Shown: positions 46,235 to 55,260, numbered from the stretch's first letter. The stretch is 64,000 nt of DNA from Chitinophagales bacterium (GCA_021323755.1 JAJPKJ010000051.1:403-64402); one strand, 5' to 3'. Translations and numbers: made by a program. Notes: a model not told the origin generated them from the letters alone.

Positions 46235-48802
46235 ATGAAGAAGATCAAGTTCATCGCACTGGCTGTTATTTGTTTATGTATCGGGCTTAACGGCATTGCT
46301 CAAACCATTACTATTACCGGTACGGTAAAAGATGCCGTTACCAAGCAACCTATGTCTGGCGTCAGTGTTTACATTCGCGGTGGTAAAGGAGTCAGCACTG
46401 ATTCTTCGGGAATTTATACGATCACCACTGAAAGGGAAATGATCCCCCTGGTATTTTCGATAGTTGATTACCGTGCTCAAACGATAATGGTGAAAAAAAA
46501 TGAGAACAGGGCGATAAAACAGCTGGATGTTTTCATGGACCCGAGCACAACGACCTTAAAAAACTTCGTGGTGACTTCAAAGAAGAAACCGAAATATCAC
46601 AACAAGGATAATCCGGCGGTTGAATTCATTCGTCACGTAATTGAAAACAAGGAAAAGAACCGCCCCACCCATTATGATTTTCTCGAATACGAACGCTACG
46701 AAAAATTACAGGTCTCTTTAAGTAAGGTCTCAGTCAAAATAACCAACAGTAAACTGTTTAAGAATTATCGTTTTTTGCTGGAGAATGTCGACACGTCAAA
46801 AGTTGAAGGTAAGTCCCTGGTGCCGGTTTATCTGGAAGAAAGATTGTCAAATGATTATTACAAGAAAAATCCTGAACGTGAAAAATCCTTTGTCCTTGCA
46901 AGTAAAAAAGTGGATTATGGTCAGTTCATAGATACCAAAGGGGTTGGTACTTTTTTGAAAAGATTTTATGAGAATATTGATATCTACGAAAACAATATTT
47001 CCTTATTCACCAATACATTCCTGAGTCCCATCGCAGAAAGTGCTCCTTCATTCTACATGTTTTTCATACGCGATACCATTGTTGATGATTCGGGACACAA
47101 ACTTCTTCAAATGTATTTCACACCCAGAAATACCGGTGACATGTTATTTCGCGGAACTATGTATGTTACCCTTGACAGCACTTATGCCATTACCCGTTTA
47201 AGCATGACCGTTAGTAAGAACAGCAATTTGAATTTTGTTCGCGAATTGCGCGTTGAACAAAACTTTGAACGGGGTTTTGACGGCAGGTATAATATTACCA
47301 AAAGCGATGTGCTGGCAGAGGCGGGGATCAGTAAACAAAGAGGCGGTGGTATTTTTGGAGAGCGAAGTATTTCCTACAAAAATTATAGATTCAACACTCC
47401 TCATCCCGAAGATTTTTATAATGGAGCCAACGAAATTATAATGGACGGTGCGGAAAAAAAGAACGATAGCTTCTGGCTTAATAATCGCCACGATACACTG
47501 ACGCTTGCCGAATCGAAAGTGTACAAAAATATAGACAGTCTTACCGGGATGTCATCCTACAAAAGATTACTGCTTTATATCAACCTGTTTTTAGCCGGCT
47601 ATGCCACTTTTGACAAGTTTGAAATAGGACCTGCAGGTTCGTTTTATAGTTTTAACCCTGTCGAAGGTTTTCGGTTGCGGTTTGGCGGAAGAACAACAAC
47701 CGGTTTAAGTAAACGCCTTTATTTTGAGACCTACGGCGCTTATGGATTTAAAGATGAAAAATGGAAAGGTTATCTGGGCGTGACTTATTCATTAAATGAT
47801 AAATCAATTTATTCCTATCCCTTAAATTATATTCGGGTAAGTGCGCAACGGGAGACCAAGATCCCCGGCGAAGAGCTGCAGTTTGTTGAAGAGGACAATT
47901 TCTTTTTGTCATTCAAACATGGCGATAATAAAAAATGGCTGTACAATGATTATTATCGTGTTGATTACGTGCACGAGTTTTCCAATCATTTGTCCTATAC
48001 ACTGGGATTTAAAAATTGGAGACAAACACCCGCAGGAGATATTCAATACACAAAGATCGTCAACGCGGATTCGATCAATGTCCAGTCCTTGACCACCTCT
48101 GAATTGTCGTTTTCATTACGCTGGGCGCCTAACGAACAATTTTACCAGGGCAGGGTGTATCGCACCCCCATCATTAATAAATATCCGATATTTACACTCC
48201 GGTATATCGCCGGTGTAAAGGGATTATTTGGCGGAGAATATAATTATCAGGATATCAATTTGCGCGTTGAAAAGAGGTTCTATTATCCGCAGATCGGTTA
48301 TACGGACGCGATTTTTGAAGGTGGCTATATTTTCAATCAATTGCCTTATCCGTTGCTTACCATCCATCGTGCCAACCAAACCTATGCCTACCAGCTGAAT
48401 TCCTATAACCTCATGAATTTCCTTGAATTTGTGAGCGATCACTACGCAAGTGCAACATTAGATCATCATTTCAATGGATTTATTTTTAACAGAGTACCTT
48501 TGTTGAGGAAACTGAAATTAAGGGAAGTGGTATCAGCAAAAGTCCTGTTCGGAGGTTTACGTAGTGAAAATGATCCTTCAAAAAACCCTTCGCTGTATCA
48601 ATTTTCGAAGTATTCGAGCGGGCAGTATATTGGACAGTCAGAAACTTATTCTTTAAACCACGGACCCTATGTTGAAGGAAGTGTTGGAGTATCCAATATA
48701 TTTAAACTTTTGCGCGTGGACCTGGTTAGAAGATTTACTTACCTGAACGATCCTTTTGCCGTAAAATGGGGCGTTCGTGCATTGGTAAGATTTGATTTTT
48801 AA
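46235..48802 (+). CDS. CarboxypepD_reg-like + DUF5686-type large outer-membrane protein, function unknown
   Basis: 855 aa. Signal peptide, then N-terminal ITITGTVKDAVTKQPMSGVSVYIRGGKGVSTDSSGIY. Long beta-rich C-terminal region ending ...ALVRFDF (OMP-like terminal Phe). Confidence 0.7.
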   Translation: MKKIKFIALAVICLCIGLNGIAQTITITGTVKDAVTKQPMSGVSVYIRGGKGVSTDSSGIYTITTEREMIPLVFSIVDYRAQTIMVKKNENRAIKQLDVFMDPSTTTLKNFVVTSKKKPKYHNKDNPAVEFIRHVIENKEKNRPTHYDFLEYERYEKLQVSLSKVSVKITNSKLFKNYRFLLENVDTSKVEGKSLVPVYLEERLSNDYYKKNPEREKSFVLASKKVDYGQFIDTKGVGTFLKRFYENIDIYENNISLFTNTFLSPIAESAPSFYMFFIRDTIVDDSGHKLLQMYFTPRNTGDMLFRGTMYVTLDSTYAITRLSMTVSKNSNLNFVRELRVEQNFERGFDGRYNITKSDVLAEAGISKQRGGGIFGERSISYKNYRFNTPHPEDFYNGANEIIMDGAEKKNDSFWLNNRHDTLTLAESKVYKNIDSLTGMSSYKRLLLYINLFLAGYATFDKFEIGPAGSFYSFNPVEGFRLRFGGRTTTGLSKRLYFETYGAYGFKDEKWKGYLGVTYSLNDKSIYSYPLNYIRVSAQRETKIPGEELQFVEEDNFFLSFKHGDNKKWLYNDYYRVDYVHEFSNHLSYTLGFKNWRQTPAGDIQYTKIVNADSINVQSLTTSELSFSLRWAPNEQFYQGRVYRTPIINKYPIFTLRYIAGVKGLFGGEYNYQDINLRVEKRFYYPQIGYTDAIFEGGYIFNQLPYPLLTIHRANQTYAYQLNSYNLMNFLEFVSDHYASATLDHHFNGFIFNRVPLLRKLKLREVVSAKVLFGGLRSENDPSKNPSLYQFSKYSSGQYIGQSETYSLNHGPYVEGSVGVSNIFKLLRVDLVRRFTYLNDPFAVKWGVRALVRFDF

Positions 48803-48821
48803 TTTGTATTTAGACTTTGGT

Positions 48822-49583
48822 ATGAACAAAAAAACTTTTCGTGATGGCTTGCAGCAGGGGATCTATAAGGTGATCGATCCTTTTGTAAGATTATTATTGA
48901 AAATAGGATTTACTCCAAACACTGTTACTGCAACTGGTTTTTTATTGAACATCGGGGTGGCCATTATTTTTATAATGGGTGGTGAAGAAGGAAATCGCGG
49001 CGATTTTTCTTATGTTGGGTGGGCTGGTGCGTTGATTCTTTTTGCCGGATTGTTTGATATGCTGGATGGCCAGGTGGCAAGACTGGGGAAAATGAGTTCC
49101 TCTTTCGGCGCCTTATTCGATTCTGTTTTGGACAGGTACAGCGAACTATTTTTATTTCTCGGTATTTGTTATTATCTCATCGCACATCACTATTTCATGA
49201 GCTCGCTCATTGCATTTATTGCACTGATCGGCTCAATGATGGTGAGCTATACGCGCGCCCGCGCAGAAAGTCTCGGCATTGAATGCAAGAACGGATTGAT
49301 GCAAAGACCTGAAAGAGTAGTGTTGATTGGTGTTGCAGCGCTTGCCTGTGGCATCACCGCTCATTACATCGGCGGGAATTACAAGTTGTTCATCAAAGGA
49401 ATTCCTTTTCACGTTTTTGAACCGATGTCAATTTTTACGATTCCTATCGCGGTGATGGCGGTGCTCACCAATATCACGGCAGTTGGCAGATTGCGGGATG
49501 CAAAAAAAGAACTTGATAAAAAAGATAAAGAAAGGCAAAAACCAGAACAGCCTGTAAAAATGCAAAGAGTAAAAGCGCTCTGA
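48822..49583 (+). CDS. CDP-alcohol phosphatidyltransferase (candidate phosphatidylinositol-phosphate synthase)
   Basis: Complete D-x2-D-G-x2-A-R-x8-G-x3-D-x3-D motif (FDMLDGQVARLGKMSSSFGALFDSVLD). ATG at 48822 (the ORF-track start at 48792 is TTG). Confidence 0.88.
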   Translation: MNKKTFRDGLQQGIYKVIDPFVRLLLKIGFTPNTVTATGFLLNIGVAIIFIMGGEEGNRGDFSYVGWAGALILFAGLFDMLDGQVARLGKMSSSFGALFDSVLDRYSELFLFLGICYYLIAHHYFMSSLIAFIALIGSMMVSYTRARAESLGIECKNGLMQRPERVVLIGVAALACGITAHYIGGNYKLFIKGIPFHVFEPMSIFTIPIAVMAVLTNITAVGRLRDAKKELDKKDKERQKPEQPVKMQRVKAL

Positions 49584-49589
49584 TCAATA

Positions 49590-50546
49590 ATGCCTGATAA
49601 AATAAATCATTCTTCTGCTAAGATCTCTGCTGATCTATATTCATCGCGCAGCATTGCTTTCGCCATTGGCACATCCAGTATTTATTTATTGCTCTCCATT
49701 TTCCTGCTCGGTTTTAGATCAGACCAGTTAATCCTGATCGCATTATTCAATGCCATGTATTTTCTTTCATCGCTGACAAGAAAATTCATATTGGCATTTT
49801 CTGTCTTTATCATTTACTGGATCATTTTCGATTACATGAAAGCATTTCCCAATTATAAATACAACGCTGTTCATATCGGCTCTCTGTACAACGCCGAGAA
49901 ATCTCTTTTTGGAATTCATTATCAGCATAATTTATTAACGCCCAATGAATTTTTATTAATTCATCAACAAACCTGGTTGAATGTGCTCACCGGTTTTTTT
50001 TATTTGTGCTGGGTTCCCTTACCGTTGATATTTTCCGCTATTTTGTTTTTTAAGAACCGCAAATATTTTTTTTATTTTTCATTGAGTTTTCTGCTCGTCA
50101 ACTTTCTCGGGTTCATTGTTTATTATGCATACCCGGCGGCGCCTCCCTGGTATGTTCAACAATATGGCTTTGATTTTATTCCTTCAACACCGGGTAACAC
50201 GGCGGGTCTGGGAAGATTTGATGTTTTTTTTCACACCCATATTTTTGCCGGGATCTATAGCAAAAGCTCAAATGTTTTCGCTGCGATGCCTTCATTGCAC
50301 GCATCATATCCCTTGCTGGTATTTTTCTACGGGCTCAAATACAAGTTCGGGCTTTGGAATATTTTTTTCTTTATCATCATGACGGGGATCTGGTTTGCTG
50401 CGGTATATAACAGTCACCATTATGTGCTTGATATTTTGGCCGGCATTTTTTGCGGTATTACAGGACTTGTTCTTTTCTTATTTTTCGCAGAAAAAACTTC
50501 TTTCGGAAAGAAGATGATTGAAGGAATGGTGAATAACGTAAAATGA
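49590..50546 (+). CDS. PAP2-superfamily membrane protein, Aur1/inositol-phosphorylceramide-synthase-like
   Basis: Multi-pass membrane protein. C2-like AMPSLHASYP and C3-like NSHHYVLDILAG (HxxxD) motifs, as in the PAP2_3/Aur1 family. Confidence 0.7.
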   Translation: MPDKINHSSAKISADLYSSRSIAFAIGTSSIYLLLSIFLLGFRSDQLILIALFNAMYFLSSLTRKFILAFSVFIIYWIIFDYMKAFPNYKYNAVHIGSLYNAEKSLFGIHYQHNLLTPNEFLLIHQQTWLNVLTGFFYLCWVPLPLIFSAILFFKNRKYFFYFSLSFLLVNFLGFIVYYAYPAAPPWYVQQYGFDFIPSTPGNTAGLGRFDVFFHTHIFAGIYSKSSNVFAAMPSLHASYPLLVFFYGLKYKFGLWNIFFFIIMTGIWFAAVYNSHHYVLDILAGIFCGITGLVLFLFFAEKTSFGKKMIEGMVNNVK

Positions 50547-50549
50547 TCT

Positions 50550-52166
50550 TTAACGCTTTTTTGCCATGGGAAGCGGATCTTCTTTGGTCATTACTTCAAG
50601 CGCTTTTTTAATTGCAGGATCGAAAGAATTCACCACTTGAAAATATCCTTGTAACTGCCACATTTGCCGTGCGAGCAGCGCCTTGGTCTGTTGTTGCAGG
50701 ATTGTCTTATCGCCTGCCGGAATATTTTTTATGTTGATGGTGTCCTTGGCGGCATAGTTCACCAGACTGCCCCATAAATTATCATTGCTGTTAAAATTAG
50801 AGACAAAATCTTCAGGGGTTTTATATTGGTTTAGTGTTGATTGATTCTGCATATAATACAAATACACAAATCGAGTAAGCATGCCTGTTACATATAAGGA
50901 TGTAAGACTTTTTGAAATGGTATTGGTATCGAAGGGAACAAAAATATCTGGTGTGATGCCGCCGCCACCATACACCGTTCTTCCGCCTTTTGTTTTGTAG
51001 GCGATCCCCAAATGGTTGGTGGTGGTATCGCCATGCAATACTTCACCATCGTGAAAACGTTTCAATAATTCTTCATTATAGGCTTCATGGTCATCTTTAT
51101 TATAAGGCTTTTGAATGCTGCGACCGATGGGTGTGTAATACCTGGCGATCGTCAGCCGCAGGGCCGAGCCATCACTCAAAGGATATTGTTCCTGCACTAA
51201 CCCCTTACCAAATGTTCTTCTGCCAATGATCGTGGCACGATCCCAATCCTGCAAAGCACCGACGAGAATTTCGCTGGCAGAGGCGGTGCGCTCGTCAACC
51301 AAGACGATCAACTTGCCTTTTTCAAAAAGCCCATCACGCATGCAGCGATATTCTGTTTTTTGGGAATGCAATCCCTGGGTGTAAACGATCAATTTGTCCT
51401 CATCCAAAAAGTCATCGGCAATATCAACGGCCTCCTGTAAAATCCCACCGCCATTATCACGCAGATCAAGAATCAGTTTCTTTAAACCCTGCTGCTGCAA
51501 TTTTGTGACGGCATTTACAAATTCGCTATGCGTGGTCTCTGAAAATTTATTGATCCGGATATATCCCGTTTCTTTATCGACCATATAAAATGCGTCAATG
51601 GAAAGGAGCGGGATGGAACCACGGGAGATCGTAAATTGTTTTAGAACGTTATTACGCATAACCGTTGCGGTCACGTTACTGGCGCCAGGCCCCCGTAAAA
51701 ACTTTTTTATTCTTTCTGAGGTGATGCCATTTCCTGCCACCACCGAATCATTTACTTTAATGAACTTGTCGCCCACGGCCAATCCTGCCTTATCGCTTGG
51801 TCCGTTTGCCAAAACGCTCGTGACATTCACGGTATCATCAAAAATCTGAAACTCCACGCCGATGCCTTCAAAATTTCCTTCAAGGTCTTCGTTTATTTCA
51901 CCCAGGTCAGTCGCTGGAATGAAAACGGAATGCGGATCAAGATGCGCCAGCATACCTTCTATAGCCTCGTCACTCAGGGAATCCATATTAACGGGGTCAA
52001 CATATTTTTGATTGACCAGGTCAATTACCTGTTGCACCGGCACGCGCTTGGCGGTCTTAAAAAAACCGGCAGTGCCAATTTCAGGATACAACCGATAACC
52101 GATCAACATTCCGAACACCATCACCATTGCGAAGAGCAGCGGTAGCCAAACTTGTAATTTCTTCAT
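50550..52166 (-). CDS. S41-family C-terminal processing peptidase with PDZ domain
   Basis: FEGIGVEF..., PDZ (GPSDKAGLAVGDKFIKVN), LILDLRDNGGG and the catalytic ASASEI...GRRTFGKG. Confidence 0.9.
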   Translation of the reverse strand: MKKLQVWLPLLFAMVMVFGMLIGYRLYPEIGTAGFFKTAKRVPVQQVIDLVNQKYVDPVNMDSLSDEAIEGMLAHLDPHSVFIPATDLGEINEDLEGNFEGIGVEFQIFDDTVNVTSVLANGPSDKAGLAVGDKFIKVNDSVVAGNGITSERIKKFLRGPGASNVTATVMRNNVLKQFTISRGSIPLLSIDAFYMVDKETGYIRINKFSETTHSEFVNAVTKLQQQGLKKLILDLRDNGGGILQEAVDIADDFLDEDKLIVYTQGLHSQKTEYRCMRDGLFEKGKLIVLVDERTASASEILVGALQDWDRATIIGRRTFGKGLVQEQYPLSDGSALRLTIARYYTPIGRSIQKPYNKDDHEAYNEELLKRFHDGEVLHGDTTTNHLGIAYKTKGGRTVYGGGGITPDIFVPFDTNTISKSLTSLYVTGMLTRFVYLYYMQNQSTLNQYKTPEDFVSNFNSNDNLWGSLVNYAAKDTINIKNIPAGDKTILQQQTKALLARQMWQLQGYFQVVNSFDPAIKKALEVMTKEDPLPMAKKR

Positions 52167-52378
52167 TTGAATTTCATTAAATAAACAACCCGCAAATTAA
52201 GCAATGGTAGTGAATGGTCAATAATGAATGATGAATAAGTGATAATTGGCAGCTTTGCTTGCCCATTTCCGGTTGAGTATAGGGAACTCATGATTCAAAA
52301 TGACTAGTAATTATTGTGATGAGTGATGCTTTAAAAGAACCATAAACTACAAACTCAAAACTCTGCTATCTTCGCTTC

Positions 52379-53221
52379 ATGAATATCCTGATCGCAGACA
52401 GCGGGGCAACAAAATGTGAATGGTGCCTGTTACAAAACGGCAAGAAAAAAATTATTAGTACACAAGGCATCAGCCCCTATTTTTTAAGCGACTTGCAAAT
52501 TGAAAGTTTATTAAGAAATGAGTTGCTTCCGAAATTAAAAAAATGGCAGGTTGACAAGGTGTTTTATTACGGCACTGGTTTGGCAAGCGCTGCCAATGTT
52601 AGCATGCTAAAGAAAGTTTTAAAAAAAGTTTTTACAGAGGCAAAAGTGGAAGCTACTGATGACCTGACCGCCGCTGCAAGGGGTGTATGTGGTAAAGAAA
52701 AAGGCATTGTGGCTAATTTAGGGACCGGTTCTTTTGCATGTTTTTATAATGGGAAAAGAATAGTGAGTCAAATTCCGGGATTAGGCTATGTGCTCGGCGA
52801 TGAAGGAAGCGGCGCTTATCTCGGCAAAAAGGTTTTGCAATATTATTTGTATAATACTTTTGATGAAGATCTTCGCTATCGTTTCGATGCGAAATATGTT
52901 ACTGATCGTTCCGAGATTTTAGAGAATGTTTACAAAAAGCCATTGCCCAATCGTTATCTCGCATCGTTCACTATCTTTCTTGCAGAAAATCGCGGACATT
53001 ATATGATCGAGAATATTATTGAAGATGGATTGAATGATTTTTTCTTTGTGCATCTCTGCAAGTTCAGTGAGATTTGGAAATATCCCGTTCATTTTGTTGG
53101 CGGGGTTGCAGGTGGCTTTGGTGACGTGATAAAAGAATTGTGCAGTGCTTATGAATTTCAACTGGGAAAGATTTTACAGAAACCGATGGAAGGATTGATC
53201 GAATATCATCAGGAGAAATAG
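52379..53221 (+). CDS. BadF/BadG/BcrA/BcrD-type ATPase (GlcNAc/MurNAc kinase-like)
   Basis: ILIADSGATKCEW...GTGS...GYVLGDEGSGAYLG sugar-kinase/ASKHA motifs. Lies immediately upstream of murQ. Confidence 0.8.
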   Translation: MNILIADSGATKCEWCLLQNGKKKIISTQGISPYFLSDLQIESLLRNELLPKLKKWQVDKVFYYGTGLASAANVSMLKKVLKKVFTEAKVEATDDLTAAARGVCGKEKGIVANLGTGSFACFYNGKRIVSQIPGLGYVLGDEGSGAYLGKKVLQYYLYNTFDEDLRYRFDAKYVTDRSEILENVYKKPLPNRYLASFTIFLAENRGHYMIENIIEDGLNDFFFVHLCKFSEIWKYPVHFVGGVAGGFGDVIKELCSAYEFQLGKILQKPMEGLIEYHQEK

Positions 53222-53288
53222 AATTTTCGGTCATTATCGATAATTTATGGGCCGCTCAATTCTTATTTAATGATTCTTAATAAATAAA

Positions 53289-54101
53289 ATGTCTTTCGAG
53301 AAAATTACAGAAGAACCGGGCAGGTATCGTCATTTGGAAAAAATGACCATACATGAAATTCTCACGAACATCAATCATGAGGATAACGAAGTGCCTGCAG
53401 CCGTGGGCAAAGCGATTCCACAAATTGAAAAATTAGTGAGTGTTATCAGCGATAAAATGCTGAAAGGAGGAAGGCTGTTCTATGTCGGCGCAGGAACTAG
53501 TGGGAGACTGGGAATACTTGATGCCAGTGAGATCCCGCCGACTTACGGGATGCCGTATGGATTAATAATCGGCATTATTGCCGGTGGTGAAGAAGCCATT
53601 CAAAAGCCTGTTGAAAATGCTGAAGATGATAAAGAACAAGGATGGCTTGACTTGCAGGAATATTCTGTCAGTGAAAAAGATGTGGTGATCGGAATTGCCG
53701 CAAGCGGAACTACTCCTTATGTTATCGGCGCACTGGAAGAAAGCAGAAAAAACAAGATTATTACGGGATGCATTACCTGTAATCCCGGTTCCCCCATATC
53801 AAAGCAGGCAGATTACCCGATCGAAGTGGTTGTCGGTCCAGAATTTGTCACAGCAAGCACCCGTATGAAAAGCGGCACAGCACAAAAATTGGTGTTGAAT
53901 ATGATTTCAACGACGGTGATGATCCAAATCGGAAGAGTGGAGGATAATAAGATGGTGAACATGCAACTGACCAACAGCAAGCTCATCGATCGGGGCACAA
54001 AAATGCTGATGGAAAAAGCCGGCATCAAAGATTATCAAAAAGCAAAAGAGCTTTTGTTGAAATATGGGAGCGTGAAGAAAGCGGAAGAGTCTGTGAAATG
54101 A
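53289..54101 (+). CDS. murQ: N-acetylmuramic acid 6-phosphate etherase
   Basis: SIS domain GRLFYVGAGTSGRLGILDASE.PPTYG...IAASGTTPYV...TASTRMKSGTAQK. Confidence 0.92.
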   Translation: MSFEKITEEPGRYRHLEKMTIHEILTNINHEDNEVPAAVGKAIPQIEKLVSVISDKMLKGGRLFYVGAGTSGRLGILDASEIPPTYGMPYGLIIGIIAGGEEAIQKPVENAEDDKEQGWLDLQEYSVSEKDVVIGIAASGTTPYVIGALEESRKNKIITGCITCNPGSPISKQADYPIEVVVGPEFVTASTRMKSGTAQKLVLNMISTTVMIQIGRVEDNKMVNMQLTNSKLIDRGTKMLMEKAGIKDYQKAKELLLKYGSVKKAEESVK

Positions 54102-54278
54102 TAATTAGTTAACCATCAGCGGCAGGCTATCAGCAGGAGAGATTGTCCACCATTTTTCTTCACCATTACACAATAAATTTTATTTGGAAATGGTTTTCGT
54201 GTTATTGTAAATTGCTGTTTTAAGGACCGGGATGAGTAATTGCGATCTGCATTTAACCAGCAACTATGAACACTAATT

Positions 54279-54842
54279 ATGCATGATATAGAACCATTTT
54301 ATAACTGGCGTCATATTTACGTGAGCGAAGAAGATGAGCGCTCGCCATTCTACGGTCGCGTATATTCGGAATTTCAATTCACGCAAACGATCTACAATTA
54401 TTATATCCATCCGCAGTGGGATGATTTTGGTTCCCGCACTTTATATATGAAAGTGCTGATGGCGGATTATGAAGAACATTATGTGGTCATTGAAATGATC
54501 GGTGAATGGAATGATGCGATCGAAAATGATATTATGGAATTGAAACGCGAAGTGATGGATGTTTTTTCTGCAGAAGGTATTAATAAATTTATTTTGATTG
54601 CTGAGAATGTCCTGAATTTTCACAGCGGCGACAGAGATTATTACGAAGAATGGTATGATGAAGTGAGCGAATCCGGCGGATGGATCGCCTGTCTGAATAT
54701 GCCTGAACAGACACAATATGATTTCCGGCGTGCAAAACTGAATCGTTTTATTGAATTGGTTGAGATCGAAAACTGGCGCGTTTACAGACCGATTCATTTG
54801 TTCAGAAAAATTGATGAACAGATCACCAAGCGTTTGCAGTAG
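54279..54842 (+). CDS. hypothetical cytoplasmic protein
   Basis: 187-aa ORF with ordinary, acidic, W/Y-rich composition. No motif recognised. The antisense ORFs over it look like shadow ORFs. Confidence 0.55.
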   Translation: MHDIEPFYNWRHIYVSEEDERSPFYGRVYSEFQFTQTIYNYYIHPQWDDFGSRTLYMKVLMADYEEHYVVIEMIGEWNDAIENDIMELKREVMDVFSAEGINKFILIAENVLNFHSGDRDYYEEWYDEVSESGGWIACLNMPEQTQYDFRRAKLNRFIELVEIENWRVYRPIHLFRKIDEQITKRLQ

Positions 54843-55011
54843 TGAGAAGGGGAGCTCAGTCGCAGCGTATATTGTTTTTTGCAGACCGGAGGAAATTGAT
54901 TGGGGGCAATCGGCCTGCGGGTTAGACTTCGATGCAAAAAAATGATCATTCCGAAGAAATCGCCTGACACCTGAACCGGGACTGACCAACACATTTTGAG
55001 TAAGCCGGAAC

Positions 55012-55052
55012 CCGCCCCGGCAGAAGATCTTATGAGTATGGGCGGTTGTTGG
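55012..55052 (+). terminator. weak terminator-like hairpin
   Basis: CCGCCC (55012-55017) pairs with GGGCGG (55040-55045), 22-nt loop, followed by TTGTTGG. About 170 nt after the upstream stop. Confidence 0.3.
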
Positions 55053-55079
55053 TGAACGTAATTATTTAAAAAAATAATT

Positions 55080-55108
55080 TTTGGTTTTAAAATAAGTCTA
55101 TATTTTTG
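55080..55108 (+). promoter_or_regulatory. candidate Bacteroidota promoter for the phe/tyr leader
   Basis: TTTG (55080-55083), a 17-nt spacer, then TATTTTTG (55101-55108, TAnnTTTG). It ends 5 nt before the leader ATG. Confidence 0.35.
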
Positions 55109-55113
55109 ATGGA

Positions 55114-55206
55114 ATGATTACAACAAAGGCATACCGTTATTTTTACTTTTATTATTTTTTTTACTTTACCAGTAAACCGGGAATGCTTTTGTTAACAACT
55201 AAATAA
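55114..55206 (+). CDS. Phe/Tyr-rich leader peptide (30 aa)
   Basis: ATG ATT ACA ACA AAG GCA TAC CGT TAT TTT TAC TTT TAT TAT TTT TTT TAC TTT ACC ... TAA = MITTKAYRYFYFYYFFYFTSKPGMLLLTTK. Sits directly upstream of a terminator and pheA. Confidence 0.55.
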   Translation: MITTKAYRYFYFYYFFYFTSKPGMLLLTTK

Positions 55207-55228
55207 ATTTATAACTTAACAAATACAG

Positions 55229-55260
55229 AATCCCGGTCAAAAGCCGGGATTTTTATTTTT
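55229..55260 (+). terminator. attenuator terminator preceding pheA
   Basis: 8-bp stem AATCCCGG/CCGGGATT (55229-55236 / 55244-55251) with a 7-nt loop, then TTTTTATTTTT. It ends 3 nt before the pheA ATG at 55264. Confidence 0.75.

Noticed and set aside
52210-52222. 13-mer GTGAATGGTCAAT shared with 61279-61291 in another intergenic spacer
   Set aside because: With about 2x10^9 position pairs in 64 kb and 4^-13 per pair, tens of identical 13-mer pairs are expected by chance. Both sit in stop-codon-rich TGA/TAA spacer sequence, and the flanks do not align.
54441-54992. 183-aa minus-strand ORF. Similar antisense ORFs lie at 55237-55764 (175 aa), 58544-59053 (169 aa), 57674-58111 (145 aa) and 60222-60668 (148 aa).
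   Set aside because: All overlap well-supported plus-strand genes (the hypothetical 54279-54842, pheA, the helicase, tyrA, DAHPS). Their sequences are compositionally odd and lack signals or motifs. I treat them as frame shadows.
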